64,000 nucleotides of DNA, taken from the IMG/VR virus record IMGVR_UViG_3300028888_000002; one strand, written 5' to 3'. A model generated the notes under the pieces. It ran no database searches and was not told the DNA's origin. It saw nothing but the letters and a program-made list of their open reading frames with translations. The stretch comes from a virus (lineage: Duplodnaviria > Caudoviricetes). Shown piece after piece: positions 9,747-18,095 of this stretch (positions within the stretch are counted from its first letter, which is position 1; the number at the start of each line of letters is the position of its first letter). Position numbers and translations under genes: made by a program.

Positions 9747-9969
9747 CCTGGGACTTCTCACGTTCACGTAATTTAGCCGATTCTTCCCATTCAACGTTGG
9801 GGTCAAACTTCGGGTAGTTTTCAATTTCTTCTTCGCTCACTTTCTGTTTGAACGTCAATCGGGCATACTGCCGACATACGGGGCAGTAGTCGTTTTGCCA
9901 ATCCATAAGGCTGTCATAAGCGATTAGGGATTTGCATTTTCCGCATTTGTAGAGTCTGTTCCACAGCAT
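9739..9969 (-). CDS. small zinc-ribbon protein
   Basis: CGKC...YCPVC. Confidence 0.6.
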   Translation of the reverse strand: MLWNRLYKCGKCKSLIAYDSLMDWQNDYCPVCRQYARLTFKQKVSEEEIENYPKFDPNVEWEESAKLREREKSQDV

Positions 9970-10163
9970 TTCTTATACTCCCTTAAATCACGCCCGCACA
10001 TCGGGCAAAAGTTAATCGTAGCACTTTCGTCGCCATAACACTCTATACGAAAACCCGTAGGGCTTTTATACAGGTGGAAGCGGTCGGTGCAGTCCCAAAA
10101 GTCTTCCCCGCTAATATCCCTGCCAATATCACCAATCAATTTTTCGCAATACTCACACGCCAT
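9924..10163 (-). CDS. small zinc-ribbon protein (INFCP family)
   Basis: MACEYCE...INFCPMCGRDL. Confidence 0.7.
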   Translation of the reverse strand: MACEYCEKLIGDIGRDISGEDFWDCTDRFHLYKSPTGFRIECYGDESATINFCPMCGRDLREYKKCCGTDSTNAENANP

Positions 10164-10362
10164 TCTTCGCCCCCGTGAGGTCCCTGCCACAGACGGGGCA
10201 GAACTTGATTATGGCATAGATAGCACCCTGGTCCGCATTCAAGGAATACACCCCGTCTTTCGTGCGGTCAATATAAATCCTGCTGCAAGACTGCTCCCCG
10301 CTTATATCCAGGTCCACGTTGTATTCGGGCAGCGGGTCGTTATGTTCACAATACTTACACAT
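10153..10362 (-). CDS. small zinc-ribbon protein (INFCP family)
   Basis: MCKYCEH...IKFCPVCGRDL; AACCGAGG RBS. Confidence 0.7.
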   Translation of the reverse strand: MCKYCEHNDPLPEYNVDLDISGEQSCSRIYIDRTKDGVYSLNADQGAIYAIIKFCPVCGRDLTGAKNGV

Positions 10363-10612
10363 TTGATTTTACCTCGGTTTTATAGCACCATTTCCAGGAA
10401 CCGCTAGACTTCACGTAACGGATTCGTCCCTTGTAAAAGAAATGGAACCCGTCTTTGTTTGCCCCGTCCTGGTTTCCAAAGTTGCACATATACACGGTAG
10501 TAGATGAATCAAGGAACCCGTCTTTCGGGGGAGCCACATAAATCCAAACGTCACATTTAGGGCGTTCTTCGTCAAACGTCTTCCAGGGTATAGTCACTGT
10601 TTCTGTAATCAT
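10355..10612 (-). CDS. DUF551-like small protein
   Basis: W..F.EERP....WIYV...W pattern. Confidence 0.5.
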   Translation of the reverse strand: MITETVTIPWKTFDEERPKCDVWIYVAPPKDGFLDSSTTVYMCNFGNQDGANKDGFHFFYKGRIRYVKSSGSWKWCYKTEVKSNV

Positions 10613-10756
10613 TTCAAGCAGTCCCCATTTGCGTAGGGGTCCACGCATTCAATCGTGATTTCGTCTTGATAGTGCGTGATTACGTCCACGATACGGAATA
10701 CCCCGTGCGTCGTGTTGACATACACTTCTGCGTCCAGGTTTAGTGCTTGACTTAAT

Positions 10757-10969
10757 TTATTTAGAAGTTCGTGTCCGTCCATTTTTCTTTTCCTTTAAAG
10801 ACCAGGCTATGAATGCGTCGCTACACGTTTCGTATTTCTGTTCCTTTCGTTTGCCGTCTGCATAGCAGAACGACTTCGCAGGGCACGTCTTACAGTTTTC
10901 GTTCATTACGGATTCAATGAGCCTGCTAATGTTCTTTGCGTTTCTTACAAAGTGCTGCAAGTTGTTCAT
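10757..10969 (-). CDS. small Cys-rich hypothetical protein
   Basis: CKTCPAKSFC...C. Confidence 0.55.
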   Translation of the reverse strand: MNNLQHFVRNAKNISRLIESVMNENCKTCPAKSFCYADGKRKEQKYETCSDAFIAWSLKEKKNGRTRTSK

Positions 10970-11316
10970 TACTGCTCCCAGGTGATTACAAAGTATTTCT
11001 TACCAGGCTCCGCACCCCATTCGGGTCGTCCTGTATCAATGCGAATTTTCGGTTTCTTGAACACAAGCCGTCGGGACATATCGTCTTTCTTCGGATAGCT
11101 CAAGGTGAACACAAGCGTGTCAAAGTCCTTTCGGATTTCAAAGTAAATGGACCCCGCAGGATTAAGCCACGGTTGGTTCGGGTTCTTTTCGTAGCACAGG
11201 CGACTATACCAAAATTCTTTCAGTTCCCTGTATTCTTCAAGTTTGACCCCGCTCTTAATAAGGTCAAACCATTCCTTTTTCAAGGACAACGTAAGTGTGG
11301 TGCTTCTTTTTCTCAC
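10969..11316 (-). CDS. ASCH-domain protein
   Basis: LSLKKEWFDLIKSGVKLEEYR matches the ASCH GxKxxExR motif. Confidence 0.8.
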   Translation of the reverse strand: MRKRSTTLTLSLKKEWFDLIKSGVKLEEYRELKEFWYSRLCYEKNPNQPWLNPAGSIYFEIRKDFDTLVFTLSYPKKDDMSRRLVFKKPKIRIDTGRPEWGAEPGKKYFVITWEQ

Positions 11317-11516
11317 GGTTCCGTCCCCATAGAGGCTTCTAGTTCCTGGTCTTTCAAACGCTTGTATTTAGCAAGTGTCCGTAAATTAAAAATACAGCCC
11401 TCTTCGTCTTTTCGCAATCTATCGTCGTCGGGGAAATCATTAAAGACTTCGCAGTATTCGTCTGCGTCTTCTAGCCCCACTTCGTAGCGGTGATACGGAC
11501 ACTTGCTGCACTTCAT
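11313..11516 (-). CDS. small Cys-rich hypothetical protein
   Basis: MKCSKCPY...C...GC. Confidence 0.55.
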   Translation of the reverse strand: MKCSKCPYHRYEVGLEDADEYCEVFNDFPDDDRLRKDEEGCIFNLRTLAKYKRLKDQELEASMGTEP

Positions 11517-11519
11517 ACG

Positions 11520-11726
11520 CTACACCTTACGCAAGCATTCAGCGTCAAAGTAGCCACGGTAGCCCTGCAAGAACACAACTTCGTCCCCGCTGCAAGCCTG
11601 GAACGAATCACCACGGCAGGACCACACCTTGCCCTTGTTGTTTTCCGCTTCCAGGCAGTCAACCATTTCTACCTGGTCGCCATCGTGAAACTTCGGGGTA
11701 AATTCTTTTTCGGTTTTCTTTGCCAT
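11520..11726 (-). CDS. small KOW/SH3-like hypothetical protein
   Basis: PKFHDGDQV...GKVW pattern. Confidence 0.55.
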   Translation of the reverse strand: MAKKTEKEFTPKFHDGDQVEMVDCLEAENNKGKVWSCRGDSFQACSGDEVVFLQGYRGYFDAECLRKV

Positions 11727-11749
11727 TTTTGTTTTTCCTTGTTGTTGGT

Positions 11750-11956
11750 TTAATACGTTCCCGAAATGCTAGTGATTTCTTGCATCGGGAAATCGTGTTG
11801 CTTCAAATAGTCACGGCAGCATTCGCACAGTCTAACCGTGCGAAGTTCCTGGCGGTCCTGGATTTGGACTCGCTTGTGGTTGTCACCTGTCCCACGTTTC
11901 CCGCACTTAAAGCATTCGTAAATAGGTTCGCCATTGGGTGCAGTTGCTACTACCAT
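11750..11956 (-). CDS. small zinc-binding hypothetical protein
   Basis: CFKC...LCECC; AAGGA RBS. Confidence 0.55.
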   Translation of the reverse strand: MVVATAPNGEPIYECFKCGKRGTGDNHKRVQIQDRQELRTVRLCECCRDYLKQHDFPMQEITSISGTY

Positions 11957-11970
11957 ATTGATATTCCTTG

Positions 11971-12201
11971 TTAAGCCTTTATATGAATTTTGTCGCTTCC
12001 GAATTGACGTGTGATACGGACGGGACGTAGTTCTTTTACCCAATATACGCATCCGCAATTACGGCACCAATATGCCCTGCTGCCGTCATATCCGCAGCCA
12101 ACTACCTTACGCTCGCAGGAACTAGGGCAATCACAGGGGTGCGTCAATTCTGTAATCTTGTCCCAATCGGGGGCTTTACGCCAATCTTCGTCGCTTACCA
12201 T
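11971..12201 (-). CDS. small zinc-binding hypothetical protein
   Basis: CPSSC...WCRNCG. Confidence 0.55.
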   Translation of the reverse strand: MVSDEDWRKAPDWDKITELTHPCDCPSSCERKVVGCGYDGSRAYWCRNCGCVYWVKELRPVRITRQFGSDKIHIKA

Positions 12202-12203
12202 AA

Positions 12204-12470
12204 TTACACTCCAAATTTACCGCCAAAGAATGCCTTGAACGCTTCAAAATTTTTAGGGATTTCCCATTCCTTGTGCGGACGCTTCACCCTGTCTTCGGGC
12301 TGAATTTCACGACCGCATACAGGGCAGAAGTTAATCGGCATTTCAAGCGTTTCGTCCTCAAAGTAAACCCGCAGATTACCGTATTGGATATTAGCCCCGT
12401 GGCGAAGCAGTTTCTTGCCTACCAGGGTTATGGGGTTATACTTGCAATACATACAGGGTTCTTTATTCAC
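12204..12470 (-). CDS. small zinc-ribbon protein (INFCP family)
   Basis: CMYC...INFCPVCGREI. Confidence 0.7.
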   Translation of the reverse strand: MNKEPCMYCKYNPITLVGKKLLRHGANIQYGNLRVYFEDETLEMPINFCPVCGREIQPEDRVKRPHKEWEIPKNFEAFKAFFGGKFGV

Positions 12471-12479
12471 GGGGGCACC

Positions 12480-12914
12480 TCATTTAAGGTTCTTGAACGG
12501 GACCCATTGAACGTCAATACGGCTCCGCTCAAAGATTTGGTCCGTTAGATACACCAGGCACGGGTAAGCCGTAGGATAGCCGAAAGCCATATCCCTGCAA
12601 GCCTTCTTCGTGTAGCCGTGTCCTACGGCATACAGGCTTTTGTCAAACCCGCTTTGCGTTTGGCAGTAGAACAGGTTCCCGAAGATACGAAAACAGTTGG
12701 GCTTCATTTTGTCGCCCGTGGGCTGTGCCCGCAGGAACGTTTGGCAGGACTGTGCCAGGGCTATGAGCATAAGGCTACGGGACACGTCCTCGTTGCGGAA
12801 CTTGAAAGCGGACTGCATAAGGTCTAATCCCTGGTTGAACAGTCCGACCTTGCCGATGCCCTTGAACTTCTTACGGTCCAGGTAAATAATGTCACTTTTT
12901 GGAATTTCTTGCAT
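12480..12914 (-). CDS. hypothetical protein
   Basis: Start MQEIPK after GAGG RBS. Confidence 0.6.
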   Translation of the reverse strand: MQEIPKSDIIYLDRKKFKGIGKVGLFNQGLDLMQSAFKFRNEDVSRSLMLIALAQSCQTFLRAQPTGDKMKPNCFRIFGNLFYCQTQSGFDKSLYAVGHGYTKKACRDMAFGYPTAYPCLVYLTDQIFERSRIDVQWVPFKNLK

Positions 12915-13293
12915 TTTGGCGGTCCTCGTATTTCTTGTAAGCCTTTTCAATTCGGCTAACAGCGTCTTCCAGGGGGATATTGCCCTTGACGCTATCACGA
13001 CTAGCTTCTTCGGGAGTAAGGAAATCGTCCCCCATAAATTCGTAAAAACCTAGCTTATGCCCGTAGGAACCGTGGTGACAGATTACGTCCCCGTCGGACC
13101 ACGGGAACGTAACAGCGTCACCGTGGTTATAAATCTTGCCTAACTTAAACGGGATATTCTTTTCTTTCAACTTGTCCGTGAGCCGTGCGATATACGGGGC
13201 ACCGTTGAAGTTCTCAACGTTGCCTACTATCGTCATAGCCATAAGGGATTCAAGCATATCCACGTCGGCTGCGGTCATTTGTTCTTTTGCCAT
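12892..13293 (-). CDS. hypothetical protein
   Basis: GGAG RBS; DVICHHGSYG motif typical of phage hypotheticals. Confidence 0.65.
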   Translation of the reverse strand: MAKEQMTAADVDMLESLMAMTIVGNVENFNGAPYIARLTDKLKEKNIPFKLGKIYNHGDAVTFPWSDGDVICHHGSYGHKLGFYEFMGDDFLTPEEASRDSVKGNIPLEDAVSRIEKAYKKYEDRQNARNSKK

Positions 13294-13303
13294 AAATACT
13301 CCA

Positions 13304-13618
13304 TTATCTGCGGAAATCGTAGTTCAAGGGCTTATTCAACGACCACATATTCAGCACGGGGTCATACGGGAACGCCACGCCAGGATTTGCCCTGCGGAGG
13401 CTCTTGATACGTGCTGTGACCTGCACCTTATGAATGCAGTCAAAGAACACGAACTTGTAATCGCCATACGGTAAGGTCCAATGCTTCGTGGAACCGCCAC
13501 GCTTCTTCATACGCAAGTAGCTGTCGGCTGCTTCAAAGCCCAGGTCCTTGTAGAACTGCGGAACGGTATCGTAACCTTTGGCGGTGAGCCATTTGGGAAT
13601 ACGGGCGGTTTTTGGCAT
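13304..13618 (-). CDS. early hypothetical protein
   Basis: Start MPKTAR after the cassette 4 RBS. Confidence 0.7.
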   Translation of the reverse strand: MPKTARIPKWLTAKGYDTVPQFYKDLGFEAADSYLRMKKRGGSTKHWTLPYGDYKFVFFDCIHKVQVTARIKSLRRANPGVAFPYDPVLNMWSLNKPLNYDFRR

Positions 13619-13621
13619 TGA

Positions 13622-13710
13622 GCTATCCTCGGTTAAAGTGGTTGTTTCTTTACACCCTAAATATAACAATTTACCTAGTCCCTGTCAATAGGTAAACTGA
13701 AAAATTTTGA
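13622..13710 (-). promoter_or_regulatory. early promoter cassette copy 4
   Basis: TTGACA(13688-13683)-17bp-TATATT(13665-13660); TTTACCTA-N11-TAGGTAAA inverted repeat. Confidence 0.85.
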
Positions 13711-13750
13711 AAATAAAAATGCCCCGCAGGTCGTGAAATCCTGCGGGGCA
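13711..13750 (-). terminator. intrinsic terminator
   Basis: TGCCCCGCAGG..CCTGCGGGGCA hairpin followed by TTTTTATTTT on the minus strand. Confidence 0.8.
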
Positions 13751-13768
13751 CCCAACCACCCCTAGCGG

Positions 13769-14530
13769 TTACTTTTCACCCAAAAGTTCACGGGGAATCC
13801 ACTTGCCCGTTCGGGCACGGTGGATATAGTTTTCAGCTTTCTGCAAGTCAATTTCCACGCTGTCCTTGCGACCCACACGAAGGATATACTTCAAAGCAGT
13901 CGCACACAGGAACTTTTGCGTAAGCGTCAGCTTGCAATCCATTTCCATAAAGTTTTCCAGGATAGCAATAGACTCAATGCCTAGCTTTTCTAGTCCCTTA
14001 TAGTGCGAGGGGTCTGTGGCTTGCTTGACCTGCTCAACGACTTCAATCGGTTCACTCATTTTTTCGTTCCTTTGGTTAATAATGGTTTCACAATTATAGA
14101 ACTTTCCTAGCTCCGTGAATACCAGGGCTTTCAACCGCTGCACGGTTTTATCCGTAAGAATGTCGCCTAGTTCGTTGAGCGTTAGGCGGTGCTTAACGGG
14201 TTCGGTATGTTCCACGTCTGCCGTCCACGACTTGCCCAATTCAACTATCGCACGGTCCGTGTAGCTAAATTCTAGCGTAATCTTATGCGGGTCCTTTTCA
14301 CGGGAACTCTCCGACAACACATTCAAGGTGTCCGTCTTGTAAAGAGTTATCTTGAACGGGTTAATTAGAAGACCGTCATTCTCAAACACGCAGAGCCAAT
14401 CCACGTCAAGGTCCTGCGTATGGGATGAAACTACGTCCTGGATGTATTTTGAATGCTCCAACACGTCCTGCAAATTGAACAGGCGTATGTTTGGATTTTC
14501 CAGGTATGTCTGTATAAACGATTTCTTCAT
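13769..14530 (-). CDS. protein with C-terminal DUF3310 (T7 gp1.7-like nucleotide kinase) domain; likely internal start at 14059
   Basis: DPSHY..IESI..FLCATALKYILRVGRKDSVEIDLQKAENYI; internal AAAGGAA RBS + ATG at 14059. Confidence 0.7.
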   Translation of the reverse strand: MKKSFIQTYLENPNIRLFNLQDVLEHSKYIQDVVSSHTQDLDVDWLCVFENDGLLINPFKITLYKTDTLNVLSESSREKDPHKITLEFSYTDRAIVELGKSWTADVEHTEPVKHRLTLNELGDILTDKTVQRLKALVFTELGKFYNCETIINQRNEKMSEPIEVVEQVKQATDPSHYKGLEKLGIESIAILENFMEMDCKLTLTQKFLCATALKYILRVGRKDSVEIDLQKAENYIHRARTGKWIPRELLGEK

Positions 14531-14964
14531 TACTGCGGTTCTCCTGCGTGGCTTGTCTGCCACGATATATGGATTAGCTCGTCCTTGTGGTGCGTATCGG
14601 GAACGATACGGAACCCACGGCTACGAAGCGAATCCTTGACGGCATTACGGTATTTCTTTGCATCCACATACTTGAAGTAAGTGTTTTCAAAAGCCGAGGT
14701 GTCAACAGTCACTTCACATTTACGGTCTTTCGCAGCATCGTCTATGAGAGCTAGGACCTGGTAAAGCATTTTGTTGGCGTGTTCACGGACTTTCTTGTGC
14801 ATAACTTTCTGTGCGGTCTTCGTCACTAATTGTGCTTCGGCACAGGTGTAATTCTTGATACGGTCCCGTTTCCGCTTATAGTATATAACCCCCAGGACAA
14901 TGCCTACGGCTATAAGCAACAATACGGACGTTACCGCAATCAAGAATACAGGTGACGCACACAT
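14530..14964 (-). CDS. hypothetical protein with N-terminal TM helix
   Basis: VFLIAVTSVLLLIAVGIVLGVIYYKRK. Confidence 0.65.
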   Translation of the reverse strand: MCASPVFLIAVTSVLLLIAVGIVLGVIYYKRKRDRIKNYTCAEAQLVTKTAQKVMHKKVREHANKMLYQVLALIDDAAKDRKCEVTVDTSAFENTYFKYVDAKKYRNAVKDSLRSRGFRIVPDTHHKDELIHISWQTSHAGEPQ

Positions 14965-14966
14965 AG

Positions 14967-15824
14967 CTAGGTCTTGTCCTTGACAACGTAATCGTCAATG
15001 ATTACGGGGTGAACATACACTGTGGAATTGGAGCTTCCTTCAAACGTGATAACCTGGTAGCCAGGAATAGGGATAGCTACGCAGTCCTTTGAATACGGGT
15101 CAATTTGACACTGAATGCCAGGGCATACGTGCATATTGACATCTACCCCGTCAAGCCTGCTGTTAATGGTCGTAGCGTTCACAGTGGCTAAATGGTGGAA
15201 ATGCCCACAGAAGTATTCAAAGGTGTAGGGTGCTATCAAGTCGCCTACTTCTGCGGGAAGCAGGTTATCCTTCATAAAGCGGTGATACAGGCGGGAATTT
15301 TGAAACGGCTTGTGCGTGAACAGCAGCGTGTCTGCCGTGTTCCACTTGTTTTCCAATACGTGAGCAGCAAGTTTGGTAATGCCCTTGTAAGGGTCCACCG
15401 TTCCCGAATCCAGGACAACAAGCGTCTTGCTGCCAACAGTAGCAAACAAGCACTGACCGCCAACGTCCTTGAAACCGTCGGTCTGCTTTAAGCCCCACTG
15501 CAAACAGGGAAGAACCTTGTCTGCCACTTCTGTAAGGATTGCACGGTTGTCGTGGTTCCCAGGCGTGACAAGCAGCGGGGACTTTTCGTCCTTGCGAAGT
15601 TCAAGTGCGTCCTTGAAGACCTTTTCGTAACGCTCACGCTTTACGTCGTCGGAAACTTTCGGGTCGTCGTCAACAATGTCGCCTGTAATCACGATAGCGT
15701 CGTAGCCCGTAGGCAGTGTCTTTTGGGCACTGCGAACAACTGCGTCCCATTGGTCGGCAGTATTAAATTTGCCGTCATAGTCCGCACCGTAATGAATGTC
15801 GGATAGCTGCAAAATGTTATACAT
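14967..15824 (-). CDS. calcineurin-like metallophosphoesterase, CpdA/Icc-like
   Basis: SDIH, TGDIVD, PGNHD, H, CGHFH motifs and C-terminal PGIQCQ...PGYQVI as in CpdA. Confidence 0.85.
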   Translation of the reverse strand: MYNILQLSDIHYGADYDGKFNTADQWDAVVRSAQKTLPTGYDAIVITGDIVDDDPKVSDDVKRERYEKVFKDALELRKDEKSPLLVTPGNHDNRAILTEVADKVLPCLQWGLKQTDGFKDVGGQCLFATVGSKTLVVLDSGTVDPYKGITKLAAHVLENKWNTADTLLFTHKPFQNSRLYHRFMKDNLLPAEVGDLIAPYTFEYFCGHFHHLATVNATTINSRLDGVDVNMHVCPGIQCQIDPYSKDCVAIPIPGYQVITFEGSSNSTVYVHPVIIDDYVVKDKT

Positions 15825-16043
15825 TTAATCCTCGGTTGTTAAATGGTTATCCACCCATTCGGAGCCTAGCAGAACGGAAATAGCGTAGTAAATGCCTTCT
15901 TCGTAGCCCGCACCAAATGAGCGTTTGTCCAACGTGGGGTCCTTTGCGGACGCTATACGGAACGCACTAGCACCCTCACGGATAGTCTTGTATTTCTTTA
16001 CGGAATCAAGTAAGCCCTTAATGTCTTCGGGATTTACAAGCAT
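15825..16043 (-). CDS. hypothetical protein
   Basis: Start MLVNPED overlapping the upstream stop. Confidence 0.55.
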   Translation of the reverse strand: MLVNPEDIKGLLDSVKKYKTIREGASAFRIASAKDPTLDKRSFGAGYEEGIYYAISVLLGSEWVDNHLTTED

Positions 16044-16510
16044 TACTTCTTTGCCTTTTTCGGAGCGTTCGCCTTTACGGTCTTGTAGGTCCCGTTGTTC
16101 CAAATGAACTTGTCGCCATAGGTCGTGACGACAGTGAAGTTCTTCAACGTGGACAACGGCTTGTCGTCAATGCCCAAAACGTTCGGTTCCTTGCGAAGCA
16201 GGTCAAAGGCGAAGCCGAACATACGTTCCCCGATTTCAGCGATAGTCTTGTCCTTAACGTCATAGTTAATACTTGCGGGGCACATCTTAAATTCTACACG
16301 GAACCCCGCCATCTTTTTTCCGACTATGAGCGTGTAGGGTATGTCAAGCAACACATAGTCGTCTTTGCGTTCCTTGATTGTGGCGTTGGTATAAAGAGCC
16401 AGGGCGTGAATACAAAGGTTGCCCACTTCTGCGTTGGCGGTCTTCTTTGCACGGGTCTTTTTCGGGGCAGCGGGTTTCGTTGCGGTCTTCGTTTCAATCT
16501 TTTTAGCCAT
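16043..16510 (-). CDS. hypothetical protein with basic Lys/Ala-rich termini
   Basis: MAKKIETKTATKPAAPKKTRAKK; preceded by a CGCTA-type promoter at 16546-16563. Confidence 0.7.
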   Translation of the reverse strand: MAKKIETKTATKPAAPKKTRAKKTANAEVGNLCIHALALYTNATIKERKDDYVLLDIPYTLIVGKKMAGFRVEFKMCPASINYDVKDKTIAEIGERMFGFAFDLLRKEPNVLGIDDKPLSTLKNFTVVTTYGDKFIWNNGTYKTVKANAPKKAKK

Positions 16511-16544
16511 AGGGTGTGTTCCTTAATTTAATGGTTTCTAATTC

Positions 16545-16787
16545 TTATATAGTCGCTTGGCGACCAGGAATGCTGTCGGACGTTAGCGACCAATGCGTAA
16601 CACCGTCCAGGCGTGTGCCGTCGGGACGTGCCCAGGTCTTGCTGCGTCGGTTGTAAATGCCTTCTTCAACGAAGCCGTCGGCAGTCTTCGTCAATACTTT
16701 AAGCACCTCCTTGCTAGGTGTCCCCCAGGTTACGGGAACCCACTTGATAGTTAGGTGCTGCTGTTTGAAATCGTCGTTATTGTTCAT
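16545..16787 (-). CDS. DUF551-like small protein
   Basis: KWVPV...P...VL...VTHW. Confidence 0.6.
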   Translation of the reverse strand: MNNNDDFKQQHLTIKWVPVTWGTPSKEVLKVLTKTADGFVEEGIYNRRSKTWARPDGTRLDGVTHWSLTSDSIPGRQATI

Positions 16788-16898
16788 TTATTCTCACTTT
16801 GATAGAAATTCGTGCCAATGGGGGCGACTCGGTAAGTCACAGGTGTTTAGGTGTTTGGGTTAGTGCGACAGTCGCACCTGCCCCCGAAAGGCTAATGG

Positions 16899-17273
16899 CT
16901 AGTCGTTATAGCGTTTTTGGAATGCCTGCAACTTTTCAGTTACTTCTTTCAGTTTCAACTTTAACGCCTTGTTTTCTTCCTGGTAGCGGGCTGCAAGCGT
17001 CGTCCCGTCAAATTGCGGTTTTGTCTGCAAGTCCCACAGGTTCTTTTCCAGGATGGTAATCTTTTCGGTCATACGCTTAATGCAAGCGTCTTTCAAGTCG
17101 GCAGCGTCCCGCAGCTTCCTAATGGCTTCGTCCTTTGCGTCCAGGACGGCATCGGCTTCGTCCTTTGCATAGACGAGCATTTCAATGTCTGCCTGGTTAT
17201 CGGCAGAGCCATTTTCAAAAGTGCAGTCTTTGGTGACGCACGTCTTTACACGGTAGTATCTTAATTCGGGCAT
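16899..17273 (-). CDS. coiled-coil hypothetical protein
   Basis: Start MPELRYY after AAGGA RBS. Confidence 0.6.
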   Translation of the reverse strand: MPELRYYRVKTCVTKDCTFENGSADNQADIEMLVYAKDEADAVLDAKDEAIRKLRDAADLKDACIKRMTEKITILEKNLWDLQTKPQFDGTTLAARYQEENKALKLKLKEVTEKLQAFQKRYND

Positions 17274-17283
17274 AGTGGGTTCC

Positions 17284-17808
17284 TTAACGTTTGCGGACAA
17301 GCACCAGGCGAAGCATAGTGTTAGCGTCCAGGGGCTTGTCAATGCAGGGTCTTGAAGTCTTAACGCTGTCGCCAAAAGAGCCACACAGCCCGATAATGCC
17401 GAGGGTCCCGTCGTCTTTCATTCCCCAGGTCCCCAACAGCGATTCGCATAACGGGTTGTCCGCTGTAATGTCTTGAAGCATAAGCGGTCGCCACTGTGCG
17501 TGGAATTTTTTAAGGACACGTTCCGCAGCAGCGATAGTGTAGTATGCGTGACCCGCCTGGACTGCGTAGCCAATTCCAGGCAAATCATCGTCATAAATGG
17601 TTTCCTGGTATTTGGGTCCGTCAATCTTCGGATAAATGTAGGCTTTGACAAGCGTTTGCAGGGAACGGCAGGCATAGTCAATGGCTCCCGTAATCTTCTG
17701 CAACTTGTTCGTATCAATGCCGTCAACTTTCTGTGCTGTATCGGTAATAGTCTTCTTTGACTTCTGTAACGTTTTAGAAATCTGTTTCAATGTGCAAATG
17801 TTTTCCAT
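17284..17808 (-). CDS. hypothetical protein
   Basis: Start MENICTL after GAGG RBS. Confidence 0.6.
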   Translation of the reverse strand: MENICTLKQISKTLQKSKKTITDTAQKVDGIDTNKLQKITGAIDYACRSLQTLVKAYIYPKIDGPKYQETIYDDDLPGIGYAVQAGHAYYTIAAAERVLKKFHAQWRPLMLQDITADNPLCESLLGTWGMKDDGTLGIIGLCGSFGDSVKTSRPCIDKPLDANTMLRLVLVRKR

Positions 17809-17837
17809 TAGGGTTCCTCTAATAAGGATATAGGCGG

Positions 17838-18092
17838 TTAGCGTAAGCAACCGTTCATATCTTTTAGAATTTTCAATCGGGCTTTGGTAAACTTCATATC
17901 CTGGATATGCTTCAAGGCTTCGTCCTTGAACTGTTCCTCAAAGTGAAGCATATCGCTAGTGTTGTCCCGCTTGCCCGCCATACGGATTTCCATTTCGGCT
18001 TCGGTAGCCGAACGAATTACAAACGGCTCCTTTTGGAACTCCCGTGTGTATGCGTTCCAAAATTCTTTCTTTGCGTTGAAAATGAATACCAT
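17838..18092 (-). CDS. hypothetical protein
   Basis: ORF directly downstream of the sigma-like gene. Confidence 0.55.
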   Translation of the reverse strand: MVFIFNAKKEFWNAYTREFQKEPFVIRSATEAEMEIRMAGKRDNTSDMLHFEEQFKDEALKHIQDMKFTKARLKILKDMNGCLR

Positions 18093-18095
18093 AGG

